From Chloroflexota bacterium (GTDB taxonomy: Bacteria; Chloroflexota; Limnocylindria; Limnocylindrales; CSP1-4): a stretch of DNA of 64,000 nt. The stretch is from the NCBI GenBank assembly GCA_003141955.1, contig PLOC01000111.1:9981-73980 (forward strand). The letters run 5' to 3'. The notes beneath the pieces are model-generated. The model saw only the letters and a list, made by a program, of their open reading frames with translations, was not told the DNA's origin and searched no databases. Shown here one piece after another: positions 49,198-59,080 of the stretch. Each line of letters begins with the position of its first letter. Position 1 is the first letter of the stretch. The translations under genes were made by a program, and so were the position numbers.

Positions 49198-49710
49198 TCA
49201 GGGGACCGGGTTCAAACGATAGGTTGGCGGGTCGGTTCCCTGGGTCGCTGGGGTCGGAGCCAGTGGCCGGTATTCGTAGACGACCACGAGTTCGCCGTCC
49301 GGCTTCGTAGTCAGCAGATAGACAAGGAGGATGATCCCAACGAAGAGCACAACGGTCACGACGCCCACCACCCACACCGCTGTGCCCCAGGAGCCGGGGA
49401 GGTAGGACTCCGAGACGGGGAACCAATGGTGGAGCGCGAGCTCCTGCGATTCCCCTTCGGCCTGGGCCGCCGCCCAGTCGCGCTCGCCTTGGTAGCGTAC
49501 TGTCCGGGTCGCGCCGGGAGCAGTTGGCCTCTCGAACCAGGCCAGCTCGTGGTCTCCCGGATGCGACGGAGGCAGGAAGCAGCGATATCCCTCAGGGTCG
49601 GTCCACGCACAACGTCGCCACTGGTGGGGTCCTTGATGCGACAGGAACCGGACGCAGCGATAACCCTCGGGGTCGGTTGCCTGACAGCGTAACCATTGTG
49701 GGTTCGCCAT
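49198..49710 (-). CDS. Membrane protein with two tandem C-x9-C-x5-H-x3-H motifs
   Basis: RCQATDPEGYRCVRFLSHQGPH and RCAWTDPEGYRCFLPPSHPGDH; one long hydrophobic segment; GGGAG RBS. Confidence 0.7.
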   Translation of the reverse strand: MANPQWLRCQATDPEGYRCVRFLSHQGPHQWRRCAWTDPEGYRCFLPPSHPGDHELAWFERPTAPGATRTVRYQGERDWAAAQAEGESQELALHHWFPVSESYLPGSWGTAVWVVGVVTVVLFVGIILLVYLLTTKPDGELVVVYEYRPLAPTPATQGTDPPTYRLNPVP

Positions 49711-49865
49711 GATCTTCACTCCCCCCGCCCGAGAAGTACCTCGAGACGCATCATGCGCTCGTGGCCGCAAGTATGCGACGTCTGCGCCCGCTCGACCCCT
49801 GCAGTCCGGGTTGAGGCGGCAGTCTAGGGCTCGGGGTCTGGGCCGGTTGAGCGGCAGATCCGGGC

Positions 49866-50996
49866 TCAGCTGGCGAGCTGGTTTCGCGGCCGGCGTCGTT
49901 TGACCGACAGCAGCAGCCCGCAGAGGAGGCTGAAGATGGCCGTGATCGCCCCTGCGGCGACACTCAGGTCGGCGGACGTGGCCGCCGGCGCACCGACGCT
50001 CCCTCTCGGCGGGTCATTCTGCGGCCCGCCCTGGGCCGTGCCGCCGAGAGCTGCGTCGGGCTCGGGCGATGCGGTGTCCGTGGCCTGCAACCCTTCGACG
50101 ATGTCCGTCGGACCGGCCGTCGGACCGGCCGACCATGCCGGGATGTAAAGCGTCGCGCCCGGTGCGATGGACGCGGGCGCGGTCGTGGCGCCTGCCCGCG
50201 CCTTGGCGGCCCCGGCCGGTTTCGTCGCGGTCTTGTGCGATGGGCCGCCGCGGCTGAACATGCAGTCGTAGTAGAAGGCGCCGTTCGAACCGATCCATGC
50301 CCCGCAGCCGACCCTGTCGTAGCTGCCGATGATGATCGCGTAATGCGTCGCGCTCGAGGTCCAGTCCCACATCGCTATGTCGGTCGTGTGGTAGGTGGAC
50401 GTCGTGGATCCGGGGCAGGTGCGCACCGAAGGCGTGCAGCCGTAGGTGTAGGTGACCGTGCCGGTCCCATAGCCGCCGTTGAGAGCCGTGATCTCACCGC
50501 GAGAGCCCTTGTACCCCCAGGACGCCATCGCATCCATCGACGTGTAGGTGGGGCAGAGTCGAAGCAAGTGCGAATTGGAGGGGTACCCATATACGGCGAA
50601 GTCCTTGGCTCGCCCGTACATCACCTTGCTTGCATCGTTGGGGCACGCGATGGCGCCGTCCCGAGCCTTCGAGGCCAGGAAGGTGTCGGTGCGCAGGGGC
50701 GCCTTGCCCAGGGAGGCCCGCTCGCCGTTGATCAGGCGAACGAGCTCGTTCGCCTCCGCGTTGGCGGGACCGGACGCCATGGCGGCCGGCACTGACAGAG
50801 CCAGCGACAGCGAGAACGCGAACGCGCTGAGGGCCATGACGCCCAGAACGATGAGGTAGCGCGGCTGGCGGTGGTTCCGCAAGATGGTCTTCTCCGGACG
50901 GCAGAGGCTGACGCGTCGACGCCTTGCGACGATCCCTCCGGGCCCCAGGGTGACGCTGGAGCCGGAGCGCTCATTCTGGTTTCGGACGACAACCAC
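49866..50996 (-). CDS. Secreted CAP/SCP domain protein with C-terminal membrane anchor
   Basis: LVRLINGERASLGKAPL, WTSSATHYAII, YDRVGCG; C-terminal TM plus basic tail; start uncertain. Confidence 0.78.
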   Translation of the reverse strand: MVVVRNQNERSGSSVTLGPGGIVARRRRVSLCRPEKTILRNHRQPRYLIVLGVMALSAFAFSLSLALSVPAAMASGPANAEANELVRLINGERASLGKAPLRTDTFLASKARDGAIACPNDASKVMYGRAKDFAVYGYPSNSHLLRLCPTYTSMDAMASWGYKGSRGEITALNGGYGTGTVTYTYGCTPSVRTCPGSTTSTYHTTDIAMWDWTSSATHYAIIIGSYDRVGCGAWIGSNGAFYYDCMFSRGGPSHKTATKPAGAAKARAGATTAPASIAPGATLYIPAWSAGPTAGPTDIVEGLQATDTASPEPDAALGGTAQGGPQNDPPRGSVGAPAATSADLSVAAGAITAIFSLLCGLLLSVKRRRPRNQLAS

Positions 50997-51363
50997 CTGT
51001 TCGAGCGGTATCGGTAGGGCAGCCTACCCGGGAAATGCCCCGATCACGAGCGCATCGTCCGGTCGTTGAATACTGGCACCACCACAAGCATGAAGGAAAC
51101 CAAACGAAGGGTCCGCCTCCCCTTCACTTTGGTAACTACCCGTTCGCACAGGAACGGAGGTCAGGCCGCGGTCGGGCCGCGCTTCCTGACGCAGTGAGCG
51201 AGATGCGGCCCGTGGACACGAGCCCTGACGGGGACCGTCCGGCGGATCGACGCGGCAGGCGAGCCATGCAGCCCCTGTTCAGCAATCTCTCAGCGAGCGA
51301 ACCTACGGTCGAAGTCGGTCCGCGTCCGCGGACCGATGGCGCGCCCGTCGCCCGGAGGCCCAG

Positions 51364-52134
51364 ATGACCGCTCCCAACTCCCCCACCCCGCCGGCACCGG
51401 CGAGGCGATCGCACACCACTCGCAATCTCCTGGTCGCGCTCGTAGCCATAGTCGTGATCGCCGGCGTTGCAGTGGGCGGCTACGGCGTGTGGTACCTGTT
51501 CCTGAGCCCGGCCGGCCCCGCGGCCGTGGCTTCCAGCGCGCCGGTGGTTCCGGCGGGTGCCAGCGTGCCAGTGCCCGCCTCGCTGGACGGCACGTGGAAC
51601 GTCAACACCAGCCTCGGCTCCATGAGCGACTTCTCGGCCTCCTGGGTGGGCTATCGGGTGCAGGAGCAGCTCGCGGGCGTCGGCGCGAACACCGCCGTCG
51701 GGCGCACGCCCCTGGTGAGCGGCTCGATGACCCTGACCGGAGCGGTCGTCGACAACGTCTCGATCACCGCCGACCTGACGGGCCTCAAGAGCAGCGATCC
51801 GAACCGCGACAACCAGCTACGCAGCCAGGCGATCGACACCAACCAGTTCCCGACCGCCACCTTCACGACGACCGGGCCGGTCGACCTTGGAACGCTGCCA
51901 GCGGAGGGCCAGACGGTGTCGGTGGTCGCGAACGGCGCCCTCACTCTCCATGGTGTCACGAAGAACGTCGCCATCACTCTGGCGGCGGTGCGTCAGGGTG
52001 GTGTCATCGCCGTGACGGGGTCCATGCCGGTCGTGTTCGCAGACTACGGGTTCAGCGGGCCCACCAGCTTCTCAGTTCTTTCGGTCGACAACAATGGGAT
52101 CATGGAGCTGCACCTACTGTTCACCCACGCCTGA
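51364..52134 (+). CDS. YceI family protein with N-terminal TM
   Basis: VGYRVQE, RDNQLR, FPTATF, GALTLHGVTKNV. Confidence 0.9.
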   Translation: MTAPNSPTPPAPARRSHTTRNLLVALVAIVVIAGVAVGGYGVWYLFLSPAGPAAVASSAPVVPAGASVPVPASLDGTWNVNTSLGSMSDFSASWVGYRVQEQLAGVGANTAVGRTPLVSGSMTLTGAVVDNVSITADLTGLKSSDPNRDNQLRSQAIDTNQFPTATFTTTGPVDLGTLPAEGQTVSVVANGALTLHGVTKNVAITLAAVRQGGVIAVTGSMPVVFADYGFSGPTSFSVLSVDNNGIMELHLLFTHA

Positions 52135-52173
52135 CGTTCATTCACGCCCGAGCGAGGCGGTAAGGAGGAGTCA

Positions 52174-52722
52174 ATGTCCTTCATGCGGTTCCTAGGCGGC
52201 CATCCGGCTGCCGGCGCGTCGGTCTCCCAGCCATTGCCGATCGACAACGAGACCGAGGCGGTGCGCAGAATCGTCGCCCGCCTGGAGTCGCTGCCGCCCG
52301 AGAAGGCACGGCTCCTGGCCGGCATGGCGTACGTCCTGGCCAGGGCCGCCAACGCGGACATGGAGATCACGGACGTCGAGATGCAGGCCATCGAGAGCGT
52401 GCTGGTCGAATCCGGGCTCGATCAATCCCAGGCCGTCCTGGTCGCGGAGATGGCCAAGCTCCAGGAGCGGACCGCCGGCGGGACGAGCGACTATCTGGTG
52501 ACACGCGAGTTCCGCGAGGATTCGAGCCCCGACCAGCGACTGATGCTGCTCCGGGCGTGCTTCCAGGTAGCGGCGGCGGACGGCGCCATCGGCGCCATGG
52601 AAAGCGCGACCCTCGACGAGATCGCGAGCGAGCTTGACGTCGAGCGAGAGCAGGCAACTGCGGTCAGGGCGCAGTTTGCGGACATGTTCTCCGCCCGGCT
52701 GAACTTCCGACCGAAGGGGTAA
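52174..52722 (+). CDS. TerB family protein
   Basis: LARAANADMEITDVE and FQVAAADGAIGAME..LDEIASEL repeated TerB motifs. Confidence 0.82.
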   Translation: MSFMRFLGGHPAAGASVSQPLPIDNETEAVRRIVARLESLPPEKARLLAGMAYVLARAANADMEITDVEMQAIESVLVESGLDQSQAVLVAEMAKLQERTAGGTSDYLVTREFREDSSPDQRLMLLRACFQVAAADGAIGAMESATLDEIASELDVEREQATAVRAQFADMFSARLNFRPKG

Positions 52723-52763
52723 CGCTGCGGTCGGCGCTATCGCCGGGTCGGCCCGCGGCGGCC

Positions 52764-54071
52764 TCAGCGAGTATGAACCGGCTCGGCGGACCGAGCGGCG
52801 GACTGCGAGGTCAGCCTGTCCAGCAGGTCGCGGACGGGGCGCATGAGCCAGCGCGGGTAGCGCTCGGTCCTGCCCGGCTCGTCCCTCGTGGCGATCAGCC
52901 TGTCCGCCAGGGACTCGATGTCGCCGATCACCTTCGCCTTCGGGAAGGCTTCGACCGCGGAGCGGTGGCTGTTGGCCGCATAGACGAAGAGCATGCCGGC
53001 AGACCGGATCCTGGCCATCGCCGCGAACCCGACGACCTTCTCGACGTCGCTTGCCGCGACGCCGCTGTTCGAGCGGTTGACCACCAGGGCCAGGCGGTCG
53101 CGAATCTCGAGATCTACGGCAACCTCGCGGAATTGGACCGCCGCCCGAATGGTCGGGACCTCCGGTGTGACGGGGACCAGGATCTGGTCGGCCAGGGCGA
53201 AGATGCCCTGATTGAGCGGCCCGTAGTCGGGGTGCATGTCCACGATGATCCAGTCGAAGACGTCGCGGGCGGCGCTTATCGCCTGGGCAACGCGCTTGGG
53301 CTCGAGGACCTCGGTGTGGAGCGGCGAGCGGGACATCGTCAGCACCGCGACGCCGCTGCTGTGGGCCGAGGCGATCTCCGCCAGAGAGTGGCTGGCATTC
53401 GTTTCCAGGTCCGCTCCCCACACGTCCGCGACGGTGGGAATCTCGGCCATGCCCAACGAGGTGAGGATATGGCCCGTCACGGTGTCGCAGTCGATCAGCA
53501 GAACGCGCTGGTTCTTGCGGATCTGGAGCACCGCCGCGGTGTTGATGGCGATCGTGGTCTTGCCGACGCCGCCCTTCGGATTGAAGATCACGACGATCTG
53601 GCCACGGTGCGCCAAGGCCGAGGATGAAACGCCCACTTCGCCTTCCAGGATGGCCCCGCGGGCGGAGTCGCCCAGGGCCTCGGTCCGAATGAGCATCGTC
53701 TCGGCCCGAATGAGCATCGCCTCCACGCGCCAGCGCAAGGAGGCCGCCGAATAGGGCCGGTTGACGAACTCGCCGTTGATGCGGGCGCGGCCGGCTAGGC
53801 TGAGCCGATCGACGGCCGTGGACGAAACGATCATCAACGACGCGACGTTGCGCTCCCCGTCGTGAAGAAGGGAGTACATCTCGATGGTCGCGTCGAAGTC
53901 GCTCTCGCCATCCAGAATGGCCAGGCCGACGTCGGACCGGCTTTCGAGGAGCGCTGCGAGCTCGCCGGCAGTGGAGACCGGGATGGCTTCGAATCCGGCG
54001 TCCGCCAGCTCCTCATTGACCGCCGGGAACTCGTCCTCGGGCAGGTAGACGGCGACAGCTGATCGCAGCAC
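52764..54071 (-). CDS. CpaE/TadZ-like protein (REC-like domain plus MinD/ParA ATPase)
   Basis: PKGGVGKTTIAIN deviant Walker A, VLLIDCD, WIIVD, LVVNR; AAAGGAGG RBS before GTG. Confidence 0.85.
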   Translation of the reverse strand: MLRSAVAVYLPEDEFPAVNEELADAGFEAIPVSTAGELAALLESRSDVGLAILDGESDFDATIEMYSLLHDGERNVASLMIVSSTAVDRLSLAGRARINGEFVNRPYSAASLRWRVEAMLIRAETMLIRTEALGDSARGAILEGEVGVSSSALAHRGQIVVIFNPKGGVGKTTIAINTAAVLQIRKNQRVLLIDCDTVTGHILTSLGMAEIPTVADVWGADLETNASHSLAEIASAHSSGVAVLTMSRSPLHTEVLEPKRVAQAISAARDVFDWIIVDMHPDYGPLNQGIFALADQILVPVTPEVPTIRAAVQFREVAVDLEIRDRLALVVNRSNSGVAASDVEKVVGFAAMARIRSAGMLFVYAANSHRSAVEAFPKAKVIGDIESLADRLIATRDEPGRTERYPRWLMRPVRDLLDRLTSQSAARSAEPVHTR

Positions 54072-54326
54072 TACGCTGTGGCCTCCTTTTGGAACGAAGG
54101 TACCACCCCAGTCTAGCCGAAGGTCATAGGACTGTGCCTGCCGTTGAGCCCCGGTCGGACTGCGCTGGACAGCGCGACGCACGTAGCCGCACCTGCCGGT
54201 TCTGCCACCTTTCCAACTCTGTGGTGCGCGGGCTCACCACGTGCTCGCCCGTGCCGAGCGCCGTGACCGAGCTCGGAGGTCACGTAAGCTATGCCCTCCG
54301 TCACCTGAAACTGGACTTGCCCGCCC

Positions 54327-56324
54327 ATGAAGACCTACCTCCAAGGCGTCTTCGACGTCTACAGCTCCTACTTCCGCATCGCGGCGCTGGTCCCCTCAGG
54401 TGGGGCCGGCCTGGTCTCGCTGCTGATCGCCCTGAACGTCGTCCTCGGGGTGCTGCCGATCGTCTTCGTCGTGGCGACGAGCGTCATGGTCGGGCGCGTG
54501 CCGGAGGCCGTGGCCGGCGGCGTCGGCTCGGCCAAGTGGGAATCGCTCGTCATCGCTTTCGGCATCGCCGCCTCTGCCTTTGTCGCGCAGCAGATCATCG
54601 CCCCGCTGCAGGCCGCCCTCGGCGAGCTGCTGTCGCGCCGGGTCGACGGCTACGTCTTCGATCGGCTCATCGGCGCCTCGCTCCGCAGTACCGGGATCGG
54701 CCCGCTGGAGGACCAGCGCCTGCTCGACGACCTGACCCAGGCCGTGACTACCCTCGAGCAGAGCTTCCGAACGCCCGGCGCCGCGTGTGCCGGGCTTCTT
54801 GCCCTGATTGCCCGCTACACCCAGCTGCTCGGCTGCGCTGCCGTGGTGGGGCTGGTCTTCTCCTGGCCGGCGGCACTGGCCCTGGGGGCCGCGACGATGG
54901 TCTTCCGAAAGGGCAATCGCGGTGGCCTGCGAACGTACGGCAAGCTCTTCGGCCGCAGCATCGGGATCAGACGGGAGGCCTGGTACTACCGGGCAACGGC
55001 TCTGCGAGCCGCGGCCGGGAAGGAGATCCGGGTCTTCGGCCTGGCCGACTGGCTCTCCGATCACTACCGCGAGCTGCAGATGAAGTTGCTCGCGCTGGTC
55101 TGGGCCGAGCGCCGGCGGATCTACGTACGCCCGTACCTGGTGTACACGGCCTTCGGGTTCGCGGTCGCGGCGATCGCGCTGGCGGCCCTGGGCCGGACCG
55201 CCGCGGCAGGCGGCGTCTCGCTGACGCAGCTGACCCTGGGCCTCCAGGCAGCCCTCGCGACACTTCGTCTGGGCGAGGCGTGGCCGGAATGCGACACTCA
55301 AACGCAGTTCGGCATGTTCGCCTACGACGGCGTCCAGGGCTTCGAGCGGGGCGTGGACGCTTTCGACGAGAAGACGCCACAGCTCGAGCCGCGCCAGGAC
55401 CCGCGCGGCCTGCCCCGGGGCGAGATCCGCTTCGAGGGCGTCGACTTCCACTACCCCGGCTCGGAACGGCCCGTCATCGACCACCTCGAGCTGACGCTCC
55501 CGGCCGGGCGATGCACCGCGATCGTCGGGCTCAACGGCGCCGGCAAGACGACGCTCGTCAAGCTGCTGGCCCGACTGTACGAGCCGACGGGCGGCCGCCT
55601 CCTGGTCGACGGCCTCGATGTCCGGTCGTTCGGCGTGGACGACTGGCGCCGCCAGATCGGCGTCATCTTCCAGGACTACAACCGCTACGAGCTGACCGCG
55701 GCCGAGAACATCGGCTTCGGTGCCGTGGAGCTGCGCGAGAACCGGGCCCGGATCCGCGAAGCGGCCCGGCGAGCCGGCGTCCTGACCACGCTCGAACGCC
55801 TGCCGCGCGGCCTCGACACTCCCCTCGCCCGCCAGTACAGGGACGGCGCCGAGCTGTCCGGCGGGCAGAGGCAGCGCGTCGCCATCGCGCGAGCCCTGTT
55901 CGCCCTGGAGAACGGGGCCTCGATCCTGGTCCTCGACGAGCCGACGGCAGCCCTGGACGTCCGGGCCGAGGCCGCCTTCTTTGACAAGTTCGTCGACGTC
56001 ACGCGCGGCGCGACCGCGGTCCTGATCTCGCACCGCTTCTCGAGCGTCCGCCACGCCGACAACATCGTCGTCCTCGCCGGCGGCCGGGTGATCGAGCAGG
56101 GCAGCCACGCGGAGCTACTGGCCGCCAACGGCCGCTACGCCGAGCTCTTCCGCCTCCAGGCGGAGCGCTTCACCGAGGACGAGGGGACCGAGACGGTGAA
56201 CGCCGCGGACCTCGCCGGCGACAGGACGGCCGAAGACGAAGGGGCCGCAGCCACGGCGGCCGAAGACGGCGCGGCCGGCGGTCCGGCCTCGACGCCGGGC
56301 GCCCGGCCGGAGGCCGTTCGATGA
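54327..56324 (+). CDS. ABC exporter, fused TMD-NBD subunit A
   Basis: GLNGAGKT, LSGGQRQR, LDEPT, ISHRFS; KEIRVF coupling helix. Confidence 0.93.
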   Translation: MKTYLQGVFDVYSSYFRIAALVPSGGAGLVSLLIALNVVLGVLPIVFVVATSVMVGRVPEAVAGGVGSAKWESLVIAFGIAASAFVAQQIIAPLQAALGELLSRRVDGYVFDRLIGASLRSTGIGPLEDQRLLDDLTQAVTTLEQSFRTPGAACAGLLALIARYTQLLGCAAVVGLVFSWPAALALGAATMVFRKGNRGGLRTYGKLFGRSIGIRREAWYYRATALRAAAGKEIRVFGLADWLSDHYRELQMKLLALVWAERRRIYVRPYLVYTAFGFAVAAIALAALGRTAAAGGVSLTQLTLGLQAALATLRLGEAWPECDTQTQFGMFAYDGVQGFERGVDAFDEKTPQLEPRQDPRGLPRGEIRFEGVDFHYPGSERPVIDHLELTLPAGRCTAIVGLNGAGKTTLVKLLARLYEPTGGRLLVDGLDVRSFGVDDWRRQIGVIFQDYNRYELTAAENIGFGAVELRENRARIREAARRAGVLTTLERLPRGLDTPLARQYRDGAELSGGQRQRVAIARALFALENGASILVLDEPTAALDVRAEAAFFDKFVDVTRGATAVLISHRFSSVRHADNIVVLAGGRVIEQGSHAELLAANGRYAELFRLQAERFTEDEGTETVNAADLAGDRTAEDEGAAATAAEDGAAGGPASTPGARPEAVR

Positions 56325-58105
56325 AGGAGACGCTTCGCAGCTCGGCCTGGCTCCTCCGCATCTCGTGGCAGCAGAACCGCGCCAAGACGATCGCCGCACT
56401 GGTGCTGGTGCTCGGCAGCGCGATCTCAGCGCCGTTGCTGGCGCTCTCCCTCAAGTGGCTGACCAACGCCGCGGTGGCCGGCGACGCCGGGACCGCGACC
56501 GCGGCCGGGATCGCCGTGGCGGCCTGCGTCATCGGCGTCCTGACGCTCGGCCATTTCGCGCATATCGCCTACTACGAGCTGTCGGAGATCAACACCCTGT
56601 CGGCCGAGCTGAGGCTCATCGCCCTGGCCAATGGCTCGGCCGGGATCGAGCACCAGGAGCGAGCCGAGTACGCCGACCGGGTGGCCGTCCTCGAGCAGGA
56701 GCTCGGCCAGATCCAGGACGGCTTCTACGCCGTCCTGATGCTCTCGAGCCTGGCCGTCGCGATCGTCATGACCGGCGTGCTGCTGGCCCTGATGAACCCT
56801 CTCCTGCTGCTCCTACCGCTCGTCGCTTTCCCGCCGCTCATCGCCGGCCGCCGGGCCCAGCTGATCGTCGACCGGGCACGCGAGGAGACGGCAGCGGACA
56901 CGCGGCTGGCAATGCACCTGTTCCGCCTCGCCACGGCCGCCGGCCCGGCCAAGGAGCTGCGCGTCTTCCGCCTCCAGGGCGAGATCCGGCGCCGTCACCG
57001 CGAGCTATGGGAGAAGACCACGCGCACGCTGTGGCGGGCCCAAATCAGGGCTATGGCCCTGCGCACGGCCGGGCAGCTCGCCTTCGCGGCGGGCTACGTG
57101 GCCGGTGTCCTGCTCGTCGTGAGCGATGCCATCGGCGGGCAACGCAGCGTCGGCGACGTGGTCATGGCGATCACGCTCGCGGCTCAGGTGAACCAGCAGG
57201 TCTCGGCCGCCGTCTCGCTGCTCCACGATCTGCAGCGGATCGCCCGGGCCTTCAATCGCTTCGAATGGCTGGAGGCGTACGTCGCCGAGCGCGAGCCGAA
57301 GACCGCCGACCAGCCGGTTCCGGAGCGTCTGGTCGAGGGCATTCGGTTCGAGAACGTGGCCTTCCGGTACCCGGGCACGGACCGAACGGTGCTGGAGGGC
57401 GTGAACCTGGATCTGCCGGCCGGCTCGACGGTGGCCATCGTGGGCGAGAACGGAGCCGGCAAGAGCACCCTGGTCAAGCTGTTGTTCCGCTTCTACGAGC
57501 CGACCGCCGGCCACATCACGGCCGACGGCGCCGATCTGTCGAGGATCCCGCTCGACGCCTGGCGCACACGCGTCGCGACCGGGTTCCAGGACTTCGTCCG
57601 CTTCGAGTTCGTCGCCCGCCGGACGGTTGGCGTCGGCGATCTGCCCTTCGTGGACGATCAGCCGGCGGTCGAGGCGGCCCTGGAGCGCGCCCACGCCGGC
57701 GACGTGGTGGGCCGCCTGGAGGATGGTCTGTTGACGCAGCTCGGCAAGTCGTACGCGGAGGGCACGGAGCTCTCCGGCGGGCAGTGGCAGAAGCTGGCCC
57801 TCGGGCGGGCGATGATGCGCGAGCTGCCTCTGGTCCTGATCCTCGACGAGCCCACTTCCGCCCTGGACGCCGAAGGGGAGCACGCCCTGTTCGAGCGCTA
57901 CGCCGAGGGTGCGCGGCGCGTCGGTCAGGCCACCGGCGGCGTCACCGTCCTGGTCTCGCACCGCTTCTCGACGGTCCGCATGGCGGACCTGATCGTGGTC
58001 GTGGCCGATGGCCGGGTCGTGGAGGCCGGGCCGCACGCCCAGCTGATGCGCAATCGCGGCCTCTACGCGGACTTGTACGACCTGCAGGCCAGCGCCTACG
58101 AGTGA
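56321..58105 (+). CDS. ABC exporter, fused TMD-NBD subunit B
   Basis: GENGAGKS, LSGGQWQK, LDEPT, VSHRFS; ATGA overlap with subunit A. Confidence 0.93.
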   Translation: MKETLRSSAWLLRISWQQNRAKTIAALVLVLGSAISAPLLALSLKWLTNAAVAGDAGTATAAGIAVAACVIGVLTLGHFAHIAYYELSEINTLSAELRLIALANGSAGIEHQERAEYADRVAVLEQELGQIQDGFYAVLMLSSLAVAIVMTGVLLALMNPLLLLLPLVAFPPLIAGRRAQLIVDRAREETAADTRLAMHLFRLATAAGPAKELRVFRLQGEIRRRHRELWEKTTRTLWRAQIRAMALRTAGQLAFAAGYVAGVLLVVSDAIGGQRSVGDVVMAITLAAQVNQQVSAAVSLLHDLQRIARAFNRFEWLEAYVAEREPKTADQPVPERLVEGIRFENVAFRYPGTDRTVLEGVNLDLPAGSTVAIVGENGAGKSTLVKLLFRFYEPTAGHITADGADLSRIPLDAWRTRVATGFQDFVRFEFVARRTVGVGDLPFVDDQPAVEAALERAHAGDVVGRLEDGLLTQLGKSYAEGTELSGGQWQKLALGRAMMRELPLVLILDEPTSALDAEGEHALFERYAEGARRVGQATGGVTVLVSHRFSTVRMADLIVVVADGRVVEAGPHAQLMRNRGLYADLYDLQASAYE

Positions 58106-58111
58106 CGGCCG

Positions 58112-59080
58112 CTACGCCGCCCGGCGGGGCAGGCCGACTGCGTCCGTGCCGAACCACGTCCCCGACGCGCCCTTGACGATCGCCACGGCGTTCTCGAGCG
58201 CGCCGATGGCGGCGAAGCGGCCGCCGCCCTGGACGAACTGGGCACAGGCGCGGACCTTGGGCGCCATAGAGCCCGCCGGCCACGCTCCCGTGGCCAGTCC
58301 CTCCATCGCCTCGTCCACGGAGAGGCGCAGGATCGCCTCCTGGCGAGGCGTGCCCCAGCGGCGATACACGGCGTCGACGTCGCTCAGGAGCAGCAGGCCG
58401 TCCGCTTCCACCGAACGGGCGAGAACGACCGCGGCGAGATCCTTGTCGATCACCGCCTCGACGCCCAGATACCGCCCATCGGCCTGCTCCACGACGGGCA
58501 CTCCCCCACCGCCGGACGCGACAACCAGCACGCCCGCCTCCACGAGAGTGCGGATCGCGGTCGCCTCCACGATCCGGATGGGAGGCGGCGAGGGAACGAC
58601 CCGGCGCCAGCTCTTGCCGTCGGGAGCGATGCTCCAGCCGCGCGTTCGGGCGTGCTCGCGGGCCGTCTCCTCGTCGTAGATCGGGCCGACCGGCTTGGTG
58701 GGGTTGGCGAACGCCGGATCGTCGGCCGGGACGACGGTACGAGTGACGACGACGGCGATCTCGCGTCGCCTGCCGCGCTCCAGGAACGCGTCGTTGAGAG
58801 CGTTGGCCAGCAGATAGCCGATCTGGCCCTGCGACTCGGCGCCCAGGACGTCGAGTGGCGGGGCCGGGACCACGGAGGCGGCCATCTCCGCTCCGATCGC
58901 CAGGAAGCCGACCTGCGGGCCGTTGCCGTGGGTGATGACAATCTCCGCCCGACTGCCTTCGGCGAGCGTTACGAGACCGCGCGCGGCCGCCACCAGGTTG
59001 TGGCGCTGGACCTCGGTCGAGCCGGCTTCGCCTCGCCTGATCAAGGCGTTGCCGCCCAGGGCGATGGCGAGGCGAGTCAC
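58112..59080 (-). CDS. arcC: Carbamate kinase
   Basis: ALGGNAL, THGNGPQVG, PTKPVGP, WRRVVPSP, VEAVIDKD, GSMAPK. Confidence 0.96.
   Translation of the reverse strand: MTRLAIALGGNALIRRGEAGSTEVQRHNLVAAARGLVTLAEGSRAEIVITHGNGPQVGFLAIGAEMAASVVPAPPLDVLGAESQGQIGYLLANALNDAFLERGRRREIAVVVTRTVVPADDPAFANPTKPVGPIYDEETAREHARTRGWSIAPDGKSWRRVVPSPPPIRIVEATAIRTLVEAGVLVVASGGGGVPVVEQADGRYLGVEAVIDKDLAAVVLARSVEADGLLLLSDVDAVYRRWGTPRQEAILRLSVDEAMEGLATGAWPAGSMAPKVRACAQFVQGGGRFAAIGALENAVAIVKGASGTWFGTDAVGLPRRAA

Noticed and set aside
51000-51360. Possible c-di-AMP or c-di-GMP riboswitch upstream of the CAP gene
   Set aside because: Only short complementary segments; consensus motifs were not found.
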